A DNA stretch of 64,000 nt from Alphaproteobacteria bacterium. Its GTDB lineage: Bacteria > Pseudomonadota > Alphaproteobacteria > GCA-2731375. Below are positions 9,973 to 19,374 of this stretch, piece by piece. The first letter of the stretch is position 1; each line of letters opens with the position of its first letter. The DNA is taken from contig CBDDPY010000002.1 of the NCBI GenBank assembly GCA_965232515.1, positions 1,920,001 through 1,984,000 of the forward strand, in the 5' to 3' direction. The notes under the pieces are model-generated. The model was not told the DNA's origin and searched no databases. It worked only from the letters and a program-made list of their open reading frames with translations. Both the position numbers and the translations under genes were made by a program.

Positions 9973-11013
9973 TCAAGCCCCGTCCATCGCCCGCACCATG
10001 ACGCCGCCGCGGGGACCGGTGTTCAGGCGATCGGCGAATTCGGGCGCCAGCGCACGGCCATGATCGAGATTGAGCCAAAGCCGCAGCAAACGCCGCTTGC
10101 GCGCGGGCTCGGGCCAGTCCTCGAAATCGGTCCGGCTGTGCAGCACCATGTGATTGTTCAGCAGCTGGATGTCGCCGGGCCGGAAATCCATGTCGAACCG
10201 GATACCCGGCCGCATGGCCAGCTCGCGGACGAACTCGACCGCGGCCAGGTCGTCGCCCGACAGCGCCTCACCGGCCTTGGCCATACCGTCGATGATGGTC
10301 TTGCCGTTATAGCGGCAGCTCAGCCGACCCTCGAAATAGCTGAACACCGGCACCCGGTTGAACGTTACTTCATCGGGATCGTCGGTGACGCCTTCGCCGC
10401 GCAGATCGAAGTGATAGCCGCGGCACAGCGGCTCGATGAATTTCGGCCGCTCGGCCAGTATCGTGTTGTAGATCGTCGCGGCACTGGCGACACAACTGGC
10501 ACCGCCCGTCTTGGACGGATGCACGCACAGCAGACCGACAACATCGCTGGCATCGCAGTGCGGCCGCAGCGCCGCCCGTGTGGTGTAGCCGCGCACGTTC
10601 TTGGCCTGATAGTCCCGCCCGCTGTCCGTCACCTGCCCGATCAGATCGCCTTTGGCGTTCTGCGAAATCGGCGTGCCCAGATGCACCGCCAAGCCCCAAT
10701 AGAGCGTGTAGAGCGCGTCCATATCGTAACGCTCGGGCGCCAGCCCGCGCAGCAGCACGACGCCGCGTCCGTGCTCTAGCTCGTGGGCAATGTCTTGCAG
10801 TCGCGCGCCAAGCGTCGGCAACGTGAAATCGTCACGGCCGAATTCGTAAGTGGCGAGGCCCTTCGACCGCACGGCGGCCACCGCCGCGTCGATTTCCTCG
10901 AGCTCAGCCGGCCTGAACGTCTGCAGCCACGACCGATCCGCCGCCAGTTCCTCGGCCGTCCAGGCCGAGGCCTCGGTCACGGGATCTCGAAGCATGCTGA
11001 TCTCTTCGGTCAT
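9973..11013 (-). CDS. TauD/TfdA-family Fe(II)/2-oxoglutarate dioxygenase
   Basis: HCD (HxD), PGDIQLLNNH..LHSR, RRLLRLW. Confidence 0.88.
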   Translation of the reverse strand: MTEEISMLRDPVTEASAWTAEELAADRSWLQTFRPAELEEIDAAVAAVRSKGLATYEFGRDDFTLPTLGARLQDIAHELEHGRGVVLLRGLAPERYDMDALYTLYWGLAVHLGTPISQNAKGDLIGQVTDSGRDYQAKNVRGYTTRAALRPHCDASDVVGLLCVHPSKTGGASCVASAATIYNTILAERPKFIEPLCRGYHFDLRGEGVTDDPDEVTFNRVPVFSYFEGRLSCRYNGKTIIDGMAKAGEALSGDDLAAVEFVRELAMRPGIRFDMDFRPGDIQLLNNHMVLHSRTDFEDWPEPARKRRLLRLWLNLDHGRALAPEFADRLNTGPRGGVMVRAMDGA

Positions 11014-11028
11014 CGCCGGCCTTCACAC

Positions 11029-11805
11029 TCACGTTGCCGGCGGCCGGAACTTGGTCGTGCTCCAGCCGCCGTCCACCGCCAGCACCTGGCCGGTGATGAA
11101 GGCCGCGTCGTCGGAGCACAGAAACAACGCCGCCGCGGCGATGTCTTCCGGCTGGCCGATCCGGCCGAGCGGCGTGCCGCCGACCATGGCGTCGACGAAC
11201 CACTCGTTGCCGGCGATGCGTTCGGCGGTCAGCGGCGTCTCGATGAAGCCCGGCGCCAGCGCGTTCACGCGGATGCCGTCGGGCCCATAGTCCGCCGCCA
11301 TGTTCTGCGTCAGGCCAATGAGCGCCGCCTTGGTGGCCGAGTAGATCGAGCTGCCGGGAAAGCCGCGCAGGCCGAACACCGAGGCCATGTTGACGATGCT
11401 GCCGCCGCGCTCCCGCATCTCGCCCACCGCGGCCCGGGCGAAGCGGAACACGGCGCGCAGGTTGACCTCGGTGAAGCGGTCGAGATCCGCGTCGTCCGTC
11501 TCGTCCACCGGCTTGGCGCCGCCGATGCCGGCATTGTTGATCAGGATATCGAGCCGCTGAAAGGCGTCCTCGCAGGCCTTCATCACGTCGTCCGGGGCGG
11601 TCTCGTCGGTGACGTCGCAGGCGCACAGCTCGACGCGGCCCGGCGACGGCCGCGCCAGTTGCGCCGTCTCGGCGTTGCCCTCGGGGTCGCGGTCGACCGC
11701 CAGCACGTTCGCGCCCTCGGCCGCGAACCGGAGCGTGATCGCCCGGCCGATGCCAGAGCCCGCACCCGTCACCACGGCTATTCTGCCGTTCAACACGCCC
11801 GTCAT
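11029..11805 (-). CDS. Short-chain dehydrogenase/reductase
   Basis: [17 protein letters not shown]. Confidence 0.92.
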   Translation of the reverse strand: MTGVLNGRIAVVTGAGSGIGRAITLRFAAEGANVLAVDRDPEGNAETAQLARPSPGRVELCACDVTDETAPDDVMKACEDAFQRLDILINNAGIGGAKPVDETDDADLDRFTEVNLRAVFRFARAAVGEMRERGGSIVNMASVFGLRGFPGSSIYSATKAALIGLTQNMAADYGPDGIRVNALAPGFIETPLTAERIAGNEWFVDAMVGGTPLGRIGQPEDIAAAALFLCSDDAAFITGQVLAVDGGWSTTKFRPPAT

Positions 11806-11823
11806 TCGCCCCCTCCTCGCCCG

Positions 11824-12582
11824 TCAGCCAGCCGTCCAGCCACCATCCACCGGCAGCGCGGCGCCGGTCACGAACGCCGCCTCGTCGGATGCGAGAAACG
11901 CCGCGCAGGCCGCCATGTCGGCCGGCTCGCACATCCGGCCCAGCGGGATCGCCGCCTCCATCTGCCGCACCAGCGCCTCGTTACCCTCACCGACATAGTC
12001 ATAGAACAAGGGCGTCCGCGCCGCCACCGGCAGCAGCGCGTTGACCCGGATCTTGTCCGGCGCCAGCTCGACCGCCAGGGCCTTGGTGAAGGTGACGACG
12101 GCGGCCTTGCTTGCGGCATAGGCCGCATTGCCGGGCCGGGGCTTCAGCGCCGCGGTCGAGGCCGTGTTGATAATCACGCCGCCGCCGTTGTGGCGCATGA
12201 CCGGCGCGGCGAAATGCGCGAACAGATAGATGCTCTTGACGTTGACCGCGAACAGCCGGTCGTACATGTGCTCCTGCAAGTCGGTGACGTTTTCCTTGGG
12301 CGCGACGATGCCGGCATTGTTCATGACGATGTCCAGTCGGCCGTAGCGCTCGGTCGCCAACTCCACCGCCGACGCCACGTCGTCGCGGTCGGAGACGTCG
12401 GTCTGCACGAAGCTCGCCGTGCCGCCGGCTGCGCCGATGTCCTTGGCCACCCGGGCGCCGGCTTCCTCGCTGATATCGGCGATCAGCACCCGTGCGCCTT
12501 CGCCCGCGAAACGGTGCGCGAACGCCTCGCCGAAGCCCGAACCGCCGCCGGTCACGATCGCCACCCTGTCCTGTAACGCCAT
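11824..12582 (-). CDS. Short-chain dehydrogenase/reductase
   Basis: [17 protein letters not shown]. Confidence 0.92.
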   Translation of the reverse strand: MALQDRVAIVTGGGSGFGEAFAHRFAGEGARVLIADISEEAGARVAKDIGAAGGTASFVQTDVSDRDDVASAVELATERYGRLDIVMNNAGIVAPKENVTDLQEHMYDRLFAVNVKSIYLFAHFAAPVMRHNGGGVIINTASTAALKPRPGNAAYAASKAAVVTFTKALAVELAPDKIRVNALLPVAARTPLFYDYVGEGNEALVRQMEAAIPLGRMCEPADMAACAAFLASDEAAFVTGAALPVDGGWTAG

Positions 12583-12668
12583 CTCATCTCCTCCCTTGCC
12601 GCATGGTCGAAACGGACATTTGTTCGTATTCTAGAGGCAATGGCGTCCAGCCGGCAGGGAGGAAATCA

Positions 12669-13748
12669 ATGCAGTTCGGCCAGTTCAATCTTATGGGCCA
12701 CCGCACGCGTGGCACCCCGGCGAAAAAGCTGTTCGACGAGGCCGTCGAGCAGGTGAAGCTGGCCGAGCAGGCGGGCTTCGACGCCGCCTGGTTCGCCGAG
12801 CACCACTTCTCCAACTACTGCGTCTGCCCCTCGCCGCTGATGATGGTCGCGCGCCTTGCCGGCGAGACCAGCCGCATCAAGCTGGCGCCGGCCATCGTCG
12901 TCATGCCGCTCTATCACCCCATGCGTCTGATCTCCGAGATCGGCATGGCCGACTCACTCTGCGACGGCCGCCTGATCCTCGGCATCGGCAGCGGCTATCA
13001 GCCGTTCGAGTTCTCACGCTTCGGCGCCGACCTCGCGGTCTCCAAGGAGGTCACGTGGGAAATGATGGATATGGTCGAGCTCGCCTTCAGCCAGGAGACT
13101 TTCACCTACGAAGGCACGCACTTCCAGATTCCTGAAACCCACATCAGCGTTCGCCCGGTCAACGGCATGCCCGAGGTCTGGATCGCCGGCGACTCGCCCG
13201 TCATTCACCGCGCCGCTGCCCGCCGCGGCTATGTGCCCATGTTCACCGGGCGGTTTTTCGCGGCCGACTATCAGGTCGAGATGCGGTCGAAGATCGAAGA
13301 CTCGTTCAAGGCCGAGGGCCGCGACCCGGAGACCATGCCGCTCGGCATCCAGCGTTTCATGTGCGTCACCGACAGCCGCGAGGAGAGCCTCGAATACTGC
13401 GAGAACGCGCGGCATCAGATGCGCCTTGCCAACAACCTGCGCCGCGGCGTCGAGATCATGGACGGCGGCATGGTGGTCGAGCAACCGGCCGACAACGAGC
13501 CAGACCTGGAGACCATCGCCGATAACCTGCTGGTCGGCGATTGCGAGACCATCGCCGAGAAGCTGACCGAAGAAATCAGCCGGGCCCGCCCCAGCCACAT
13601 GATGTTCCACTTCCAGGTCGGCGAGTCGAACTATCAAAAGGCGCTCAAGACCATCGAGCTGTTCGCCAGCGACATCCGCCCGATGATCGAAAAGACCCTA
13701 GGGCCGTTGGAGAACTTCGGCGCCCCGACAACGGCCGCGGCGGAGTAG
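12669..13748 (+). CDS. Luciferase-like (LLM class) flavin-dependent monooxygenase
   Basis: GFDAAWFAEHHF, GRLILGIGSGY; start set at ATG 12669 after GGAGG. Confidence 0.88.
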   Translation: MQFGQFNLMGHRTRGTPAKKLFDEAVEQVKLAEQAGFDAAWFAEHHFSNYCVCPSPLMMVARLAGETSRIKLAPAIVVMPLYHPMRLISEIGMADSLCDGRLILGIGSGYQPFEFSRFGADLAVSKEVTWEMMDMVELAFSQETFTYEGTHFQIPETHISVRPVNGMPEVWIAGDSPVIHRAAARRGYVPMFTGRFFAADYQVEMRSKIEDSFKAEGRDPETMPLGIQRFMCVTDSREESLEYCENARHQMRLANNLRRGVEIMDGGMVVEQPADNEPDLETIADNLLVGDCETIAEKLTEEISRARPSHMMFHFQVGESNYQKALKTIELFASDIRPMIEKTLGPLENFGAPTTAAAE

Positions 13749-13759
13749 AAAGGGATCTA

Positions 13760-13845
13760 ACCGCCAAGACGCTAAGACACCAAGGGCAGTCCGGCAACGC
13801 GCCAAAACGGGCGGCGTGACCTTGGTGCCTTAGCGTCTTGGCGGT
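13760..13845. repeat. Palindromic intergenic element with 26-bp arms built from 9-mer units
   Basis: ACCGCCAAGACGCTAAGACACCAAGG (13760-13785) and its reverse complement at 13820-13845, 25/26 match. Confidence 0.85.
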
Positions 13846-13877
13846 AAATTTTGGTTTCTACAAACCGGGAGATTGCC

Positions 13878-14615
13878 GTGACCGACGCCGTGGTGCTGTA
13901 TGAATCGATCGACGGCGTGGCCGTCGTCACCATCAACCGACCGGAAAAGCGCAACGCGCTCAGCACTGCCGTGCGCGACCAGATGGCGGCTGCCTGGCGG
14001 CGCTTCCAGACAGACGACGACCGGGTCGCCATCCTGACCGGCGCCGGCGAGCACTTCTCCGGCGGCGCCGACCTCGACGATGCGCCCGAGATGTGGGCCT
14101 TCTCGCCCGGCGTCGCCCAGCCGCTCGATAAACCGGTGATCGCCGCGGTCGACGGCTGGTGCGTCGGCGGCGGCGTCATCCTGGTCCAGCATTGCGATCT
14201 CTGTATCGCCTCGGATCGTGCCCGCTTCTCCTATCCCGAGGCCAAGGTTGGCTTCTCCGGCGGCATGATCAGCTCGATCGTCAGCCGCATACCGCACAAG
14301 GTGGCGATGGAATTCATTCTGCTGGGCGAGCCGATGACGGCTGAGCGCGCCTACGAGATCGGCTTCGTCAACAAGGTGGTGCCGCCAGCAGACCTGATGG
14401 ACGCGGCGATGGACTATGCCCGCCGCCTCGCCGAAAACGCGCCGTTGGTGCTCAGCCTGATCAAGCGCCATGTCGAGGAGGTGCTGCCCAAGGGCCCGTC
14501 CGAGCGCGCCGGCCGCGCCCGCGCCGAGGTCGCCACGACCTTCGACAGCGCGGACCTGCAGGAAGGCCTCGCCGCCTTCAAGGAAAAGCGCAAGCCCCGC
14601 TTCGACGGCCGCTAG
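13878..14615 (+). CDS. Enoyl-CoA hydratase/isomerase family protein
   Basis: INRPEKRNAL, FSGGADL, KPVIAAVDGWCVGGG, EKRKPRF; GTG start after GGGAG. Confidence 0.9.
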   Translation: MTDAVVLYESIDGVAVVTINRPEKRNALSTAVRDQMAAAWRRFQTDDDRVAILTGAGEHFSGGADLDDAPEMWAFSPGVAQPLDKPVIAAVDGWCVGGGVILVQHCDLCIASDRARFSYPEAKVGFSGGMISSIVSRIPHKVAMEFILLGEPMTAERAYEIGFVNKVVPPADLMDAAMDYARRLAENAPLVLSLIKRHVEEVLPKGPSERAGRARAEVATTFDSADLQEGLAAFKEKRKPRFDGR

Positions 14616-14623
14616 TCCGGTTG

Positions 14624-14688
14624 GTCACCCCGGCGAAGGCCGGGGTCCATGGCAACGGCAGATGGATGCCGGCCTGCGCCGGCATGAC
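14624..14688. repeat. REP/RPE-like double-hairpin element
   Basis: GTCACCCCGGCGAAGGCCGGGGTCCAT...ATGGATGCCGGCCTGCGCCGGCATGAC, inverted pair of hairpins. Confidence 0.8.
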
Positions 14689-14717
14689 GTCTGACTCAAG
14701 TTCGATCGCTGTGCAAA

Positions 14718-14936
14718 CTAACGCAGCGGAATGACGTTGCCGCCGCCCACCGGCGTATAGGCGTCGCGTCTCGGCTCAACGCGCGGCTTGCGTCGGAACG
14801 GCACCACGTTGTCGTACGTGAGCCGATCAAGGCCCGTCAGGTCGTTGAGCCTGTAGCCGGGCGTCCGCGAAGCGTTGCGCCGCCGCCGCGCCCGCGCCAC
14901 CAGATAACCGTTGCACAACATCATTAGTCGGTTCAT
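14718..14936 (-). CDS. Small basic hypothetical protein
   Basis: AGAGGG RBS-like sequence before ATG 14936; NVVPFR and GNVIPLR motifs; fills an otherwise empty gap. Confidence 0.5.
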   Translation of the reverse strand: MNRLMMLCNGYLVARARRRRNASRTPGYRLNDLTGLDRLTYDNVVPFRRKPRVEPRRDAYTPVGGGNVIPLR

Positions 14937-15019
14937 CGCCACCACCCTCTGCACGCCTACGCAAAAAGCCTAGTGACGATTTGGTAACCAAAATCCTAAC
15001 GACCGGGATCGCCGTCGCT

Positions 15020-16552
15020 TCAGAACGTCGTCGGCCAGGTCGAAAGGCGGTGCCGGCCGACGCCGTTCGTCGGCCCGCGCCGATGCACGGCCAGCATCTG
15101 CGACAGCCAGGCCCGGGTCTCGCGCGGGTCCAGCACGGCCTGGGCGCAGAACGAGGCCGCGAGGTCGTAGGCCGCGGTGTCCTGCGAGACCTTTTCGGCC
15201 AGCTCGCGGTACCGCGCCGGATCGTCTTCCTCGCGCACCCGGTAGACCACGTTCACGGCCGCGTTCGGGTCCATGAAGCTGACGTCGGCCGAGACCCAGG
15301 CGGCCATGGCGTCGGCCACGCCCGCGCCCATGTTGAGATGCGCCTGTCCATAGCTCTTGCGCATGATCACCGACAGCTTCGGCACATCAGCCAGATGCAG
15401 GGCCTGCATGTAGTTCATGATCTTGCCGGGCAGGCGCAGCCGCTCGCCGGCGACGCCGACCAGGAATCCCGGCGTGTCCGCCAGCGTCACGATCGGCAGG
15501 TTGAAGGAATCGCAGAGCACGATCAGGTTGATCGCCTTGTCGCAGGCGTCCGAGTCGAGCGCGCCACCCTTGAACATCGGGTTGGTCGCGATCACGCCGA
15601 CGCTGCGCCCGTCGATGCGGGCGAGCCCGGTGGTGAGGTTGCGGGCGAAGCGCTCCTTGATCGGGAAATAGCTGTCCTTGTCGACCAGCAGCCGGATCAC
15701 CTTGCGCACATCATAGACCTTGGCCCGGCTTTCCGGCACCAGGTCTAGCAGGCCGTCCTGCGGCTGCGCCTGCTCGGGCGTCACCGCGACATCCGGCGGC
15801 GCCTCGCCCGCATGCGCCGGCAGATAGCTCAAAAACTGCTTCACCGCGTCCAACGCCGCCTCGTCCGTGTCGACCGCCAGATCGGCCTGTCCCGTGACCG
15901 CCGTCTGCATCTCCCAGCCGCCCAGCGTCTGCGGGTCGGCATCCTCCGAGATCGCCACCGAGGTCACGTTGATGCTGGAAATCGCCATCACCGCGCCCTT
16001 GCGCATAACGGTGAAGTCGCTGGTCACGGCCCGCCAGGTCCCGCCGCCATAGCTCTGGCCCAGAACCGCGGCCGCCACCGGCGTCGTGCGGTCACGGGCC
16101 AGATTGAAGTATTCGCCCGTCTTGTGGATGCCGGTCGCGCCCATGACGTCCGGGATGCGCGCGCCCGAGCATTCGCAGAGCATGATCAGCGGCAGGCCGT
16201 TCTCCTCGGCCAACTTCTGGCTGTAGACCAGCTTGTGTCCGGCGATCTCGGCGCTCGACGCACCCATGGCGCTGAAGTCGGCGGCGTTGATCACGGCCAA
16301 CCGCCCGTCGATCCGCCCCACCCCGTCGATGCTGCCGTCGCATGGCGCCCGGTCGTGATCCTCCGACCGCGCCGGCAGCGCCAGCAGCCCATGCTCGACG
16401 AACGTGCCCGCGTCGAACAGGTAATCGAGGCGCTCGCGCACGTTCATCACCCCGGCGTCGCGGAACTCGGCCAGCCGCTTCTCCGATCCCATCGCCAGCG
16501 CCGCGGCCCGCCGCCGCTCCAGCTCCGCCAACTCCGCCTCAAACCCCATCAT
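15020..16552 (-). CDS. Acyl-CoA carboxyltransferase beta subunit (PccB/MmdA-like)
   Basis: ECSGARI, GLARIDGRSVG, DTPGFLVG..E, RKSYG. Confidence 0.88.
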   Translation of the reverse strand: MMGFEAELAELERRRAAALAMGSEKRLAEFRDAGVMNVRERLDYLFDAGTFVEHGLLALPARSEDHDRAPCDGSIDGVGRIDGRLAVINAADFSAMGASSAEIAGHKLVYSQKLAEENGLPLIMLCECSGARIPDVMGATGIHKTGEYFNLARDRTTPVAAAVLGQSYGGGTWRAVTSDFTVMRKGAVMAISSINVTSVAISEDADPQTLGGWEMQTAVTGQADLAVDTDEAALDAVKQFLSYLPAHAGEAPPDVAVTPEQAQPQDGLLDLVPESRAKVYDVRKVIRLLVDKDSYFPIKERFARNLTTGLARIDGRSVGVIATNPMFKGGALDSDACDKAINLIVLCDSFNLPIVTLADTPGFLVGVAGERLRLPGKIMNYMQALHLADVPKLSVIMRKSYGQAHLNMGAGVADAMAAWVSADVSFMDPNAAVNVVYRVREEDDPARYRELAEKVSQDTAAYDLAASFCAQAVLDPRETRAWLSQMLAVHRRGPTNGVGRHRLSTWPTTF

Positions 16553-16669
16553 CGCCTCCCCTGTTTACGATCGGCTCACGAACGAACGCCCGATTATCCA
16601 ACAAGACGCCGTCGAACGCGCCGATGATATAGTCGGGGGCGTAAGTCGCGAGCCTAGGGGGAGGTCGGC

Positions 16670-16984
16670 ATGGCGTTGGATCAGCATCATCGAACGCTCG
16701 GCGTGATCAGTTTCGGTTTGGCGCTGGGTTTGGTCTCGGCGATCTATGTCTTCATTCTCGGCCTTGTCGCCAGCCTGTTCGGCTGGGGCGTGCCGGTGGC
16801 GATGTCGCTCGCTTCGCTCTTCATCGGCTTCGGGCCCAGCTTCGTCGGCGCCATCGCCGGCGCTGTCTGGGCTTTCGTCAACGGCCTGATCGCTGGCGTG
16901 CTGATCGCCTGGTTCTACAACCGTTTCCTGCTGCGCCGCCGTGCGCACATCTCATCCGGCACGACCGGCCAGCACGTCGATTAG
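16670..16984 (+). CDS. Small 2-3 TM membrane protein (family sometimes labelled holin-like)
   Basis: GGAGG RBS; hydrophobic helices ending AWFYNRF; no phage context. Confidence 0.7.
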   Translation: MALDQHHRTLGVISFGLALGLVSAIYVFILGLVASLFGWGVPVAMSLASLFIGFGPSFVGAIAGAVWAFVNGLIAGVLIAWFYNRFLLRRRAHISSGTTGQHVD

Positions 16985-17425
16985 GGCGTCAACCAGTCCC
17001 GCCTGTCCCTTGTGCAACTTGGTCCGCGCGGTCTCCAGATCGACCCAGGCGGCGCGATCCACTTCCGGAAACGCCTGCCGGCGGCCCGAGCGCGGCGGCC
17101 ATTCAATCTCGAACGTGTTGCTGACGACGGCCTCGGCGTCCGCGTCGGCCTCGACCGCAAAGGCGTGCACGACCTTCCCGCCCGACGTTTTCAGCGGCGG
17201 CAAGACATGGAACGGACCGCCCGGAATGGCCAAGCCAGTCTCCTCCGCGAACTCGCGCTTGGCCGCGATCAGCGGCTCTTCGCCATCATCGAACTCGCCT
17301 TTCGGGATCGACCAAGCGTGCTGGTCCTTCTTCGTCCAAAACGGCCCGCCCGGATGCACGAGAAAGATCTCCCAGCCAACGTCCCGCCGCCGGTAGAGCA
17401 ACAGACCCGCGCTCTGCTTCGCCAT
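16952..17425 (-). CDS. NUDIX hydrolase
   Basis: SAGLLLYR, HPGGPFW, Nudix box GEFDDGEEPLIAAKREFAEETG, FPEVDRAAW. Confidence 0.9.
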   Translation of the reverse strand: MAKQSAGLLLYRRRDVGWEIFLVHPGGPFWTKKDQHAWSIPKGEFDDGEEPLIAAKREFAEETGLAIPGGPFHVLPPLKTSGGKVVHAFAVEADADAEAVVSNTFEIEWPPRSGRRQAFPEVDRAAWVDLETARTKLHKGQAGLVDALIDVLAGRAG

Positions 17426-17459
17426 CCTGACCATCCGTGATTTTCGTCTCAGATTATTC

Positions 17460-17550
17460 ACCACAGAGAACACAGAGGACACAGAGTTGGTTGCTTATAG
17501 GCGCGAAGCGTCCGAACACCCCTCTCTGTGCCCTCTGTGTTCTCTGTGGT
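17460..17550. repeat. Palindromic intergenic element with 27-bp arms built from ACACAGAG 9-mer units
   Basis: ACCACAGAGAACACAGAGGACACAGAG (17460-17486) and its reverse complement at 17524-17550, 26/27 match. Confidence 0.85.
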
Positions 17551-17568
17551 TCACCCCTTTTTTGTGAA

Positions 17569-17596
17569 TGTCCCGTCCGCCCGGCCGTCGTTCGTC
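17569..17596 (+). promoter_or_regulatory. Putative ECF42-type promoter TGTCCC-N14-CGTTCGTC
   Basis: Same motif and spacing recur at 19308-19335; lies upstream of the YciI-ECF operon. Confidence 0.7.
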
Positions 17597-17636
17597 AGTC
17601 TGATAGACTGGACGCCATCGCGACGGAAGGACCGCC

Positions 17637-17990
17637 ATGACCGACTACCTGTTGATCCTGCGCGATCACGAGCAGCGCTGGGAGACGTTTTCGCCCGACG
17701 AGTTCCAGCGCATCATCGGCGCGTTCGCGGCCTGGAACGAGAAGATGCAGGCCGAGGGGTCGTTCGTCGGCGCCGGCAAGCTGACCAGCGACCGCGGCGT
17801 CACCCTGCGCGGCCGCGGCGGCGAGCTGGTCGTGGACGGTCCCTATGCCGAAGCCAAGGAGGCCATCGCCGGCTATTACCGCATCCGCGCCGCTGATATC
17901 GAGCAGGCCGGCGAGATCGCCCGCGGCTGCCCGATCCTGACCTACGGCGGCTCGGTCGAGGTCCGCCCCATGGCCGGCGGCGGCCAGTAG
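17637..17990 (+). CDS. YciI/DGPF-domain protein
   Basis: VVDGPYAEAKEAIAGYY, GSVEVRP. Confidence 0.9.
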   Translation: MTDYLLILRDHEQRWETFSPDEFQRIIGAFAAWNEKMQAEGSFVGAGKLTSDRGVTLRGRGGELVVDGPYAEAKEAIAGYYRIRAADIEQAGEIARGCPILTYGGSVEVRPMAGGGQ

Positions 17991-17998
17991 CGGCGGCG

Positions 17999-19276
17999 AT
18001 GACGCGCCGGTTCGCGTCGCCGGCCCGCGCCGCGGTCGACGCCTGCCTCGACGGCGTCTACCGCGAACACTGGCGCAACCTCACGCTGGTGCTGGCCCGC
18101 CGTTTCGGCGCGGCCAATCTGGACCTGATCGAAAGCGCGCTGCAGGCCGCCACCGTGAAGGCGATGGACGCCTGGCCGTTCCAGGGCCTGCCCGACAACC
18201 CCGCCGGCTGGCTGCTGCAGGTCGCCCGCAATCAGGTGATCGACGCGCTCCGTCGCCGCGCCATGCGGGCCGGCAAGGCCGCCGCCGTCGCCGAGCAGCT
18301 CTATGCCGACGCCGCGGTCGAGCCGGTCAGCCCCGATCCGCTCGACGACGACGCGCTGACCATGATGTTCGTCTGCTGCCACCCGGACCTGAAACCGCGC
18401 GAGAGCATCGCGCTGACGCTGCAGGTGATCTGCGGCCTGCGCACGCGCGAGATCGCCCGGGCCATGCTGACCGGCGAGGAAGCCCTACGCAAAACCATCA
18501 CCCGCACCAAGACCAAGATCCGCGACCGCGCCATCCCGTTCGAAACGCCGCCCCGGGCCGACCTCGCCGCCCGCCTCGACCGCGTCCTGCAGATCGTCTA
18601 CCTGCTGTTCAACGAAGGCTATACCGCCCATGTCGGCGACAACCTGGTGCGCCGCGACCTCTGCAACGAGGCCCTGCGCATCGCCTCCCTGATCCTGGCG
18701 AGCACCCTGCCGGACAAGGGCCGGGTCTATGCGCTCGCCGCGCTGATGGCCTTCCAGGCCGCGCGCCTGCCGGCCCGCATCGATGCCGACGGCCGCCTGC
18801 TGCGCCTGGCCGAGCAGGACCGCATGCTTTGGGACCGCGACCTGATCGCCCGCGGCATGACCTGCCTCGAACGCTCGATGACCGGCGATGAGCGTTCCGG
18901 CTATCACCTGCAAGCCGCCATCGCCGCGTGCCACGCCGCCGCACCCTCCTACGAGGCGACGGACTGGCCGCGCATCCGCGCCTTCTACGACGATCTCAGA
19001 TCGATGACGCCCTCGCCCATCGTCGAGCTCAACCGCGCGGTCGCCGTGGCGATGACCGACGGCCCGGCCGCCGGCCTCGCCATCCTGGACCGGCTGGAGG
19101 CCGGGGACGCGCTGCCGGGCGAGCACCTGTTGCCGTCTCTGCAGGCCGACTTTCACCGCCGCCTGGGCGACGCCGAGACCGCCGGCCGCTACTACCGCCG
19201 CGCCCTCGACCTGGTGCAAAACGTGCAGCAGCGCCGCTTTCTGCTACGGCAGATCGAGACCGCCGGCCACTGGTGA
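17999..19276 (+). CDS. ECF sigma factor with C-terminal TPR extension (ECF42-like)
   Basis: WP..G.PDNPAGWL..VARN (region 2), MFVCCHP, YLLFNEGY, YHLQAAIAACH, SPIVELNRAVA; DGPF gene upstream. Confidence 0.88.
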   Translation: MTRRFASPARAAVDACLDGVYREHWRNLTLVLARRFGAANLDLIESALQAATVKAMDAWPFQGLPDNPAGWLLQVARNQVIDALRRRAMRAGKAAAVAEQLYADAAVEPVSPDPLDDDALTMMFVCCHPDLKPRESIALTLQVICGLRTREIARAMLTGEEALRKTITRTKTKIRDRAIPFETPPRADLAARLDRVLQIVYLLFNEGYTAHVGDNLVRRDLCNEALRIASLILASTLPDKGRVYALAALMAFQAARLPARIDADGRLLRLAEQDRMLWDRDLIARGMTCLERSMTGDERSGYHLQAAIAACHAAAPSYEATDWPRIRAFYDDLRSMTPSPIVELNRAVAVAMTDGPAAGLAILDRLEAGDALPGEHLLPSLQADFHRRLGDAETAGRYYRRALDLVQNVQQRRFLLRQIETAGHW

Positions 19277-19307
19277 GAACGCAATAGGCGTTTCGACTCC
19301 CGGCGCC

Positions 19308-19335
19308 TGTCCCATCTCAGCCGCATCCGTTCGTC
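19308..19335 (+). promoter_or_regulatory. Putative ECF42-type promoter TGTCCC-N14-CGTTCGTC (second copy)
   Basis: Identical -35/-10 elements and spacer length to 17569-17596. Confidence 0.7.
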
Positions 19336-19374
19336 ATTGCCATGACAACACCGCAAACAACGAAGGGACACGTC

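Noticed and set aside
10783-12576. Long antisense or alternate-frame ORFs (e.g. 10783-12576, 30832-32400, 37871-39733, 43436-45352, 55989-57959)
   Set aside because: Shadow ORFs opposite well-supported genes; high GC suppresses stop codons; the products are R/A/G/H-rich with no family motifs.
16670-16984. Holin-like membrane protein as evidence of a prophage
   Set aside because: No endolysin, structural, integrase or other phage genes nearby.
13760-17550. 9-mer periodic repeats as a CRISPR array
   Set aside because: They are inverted pairs rather than direct repeats with unique spacers, and no cas genes are present.
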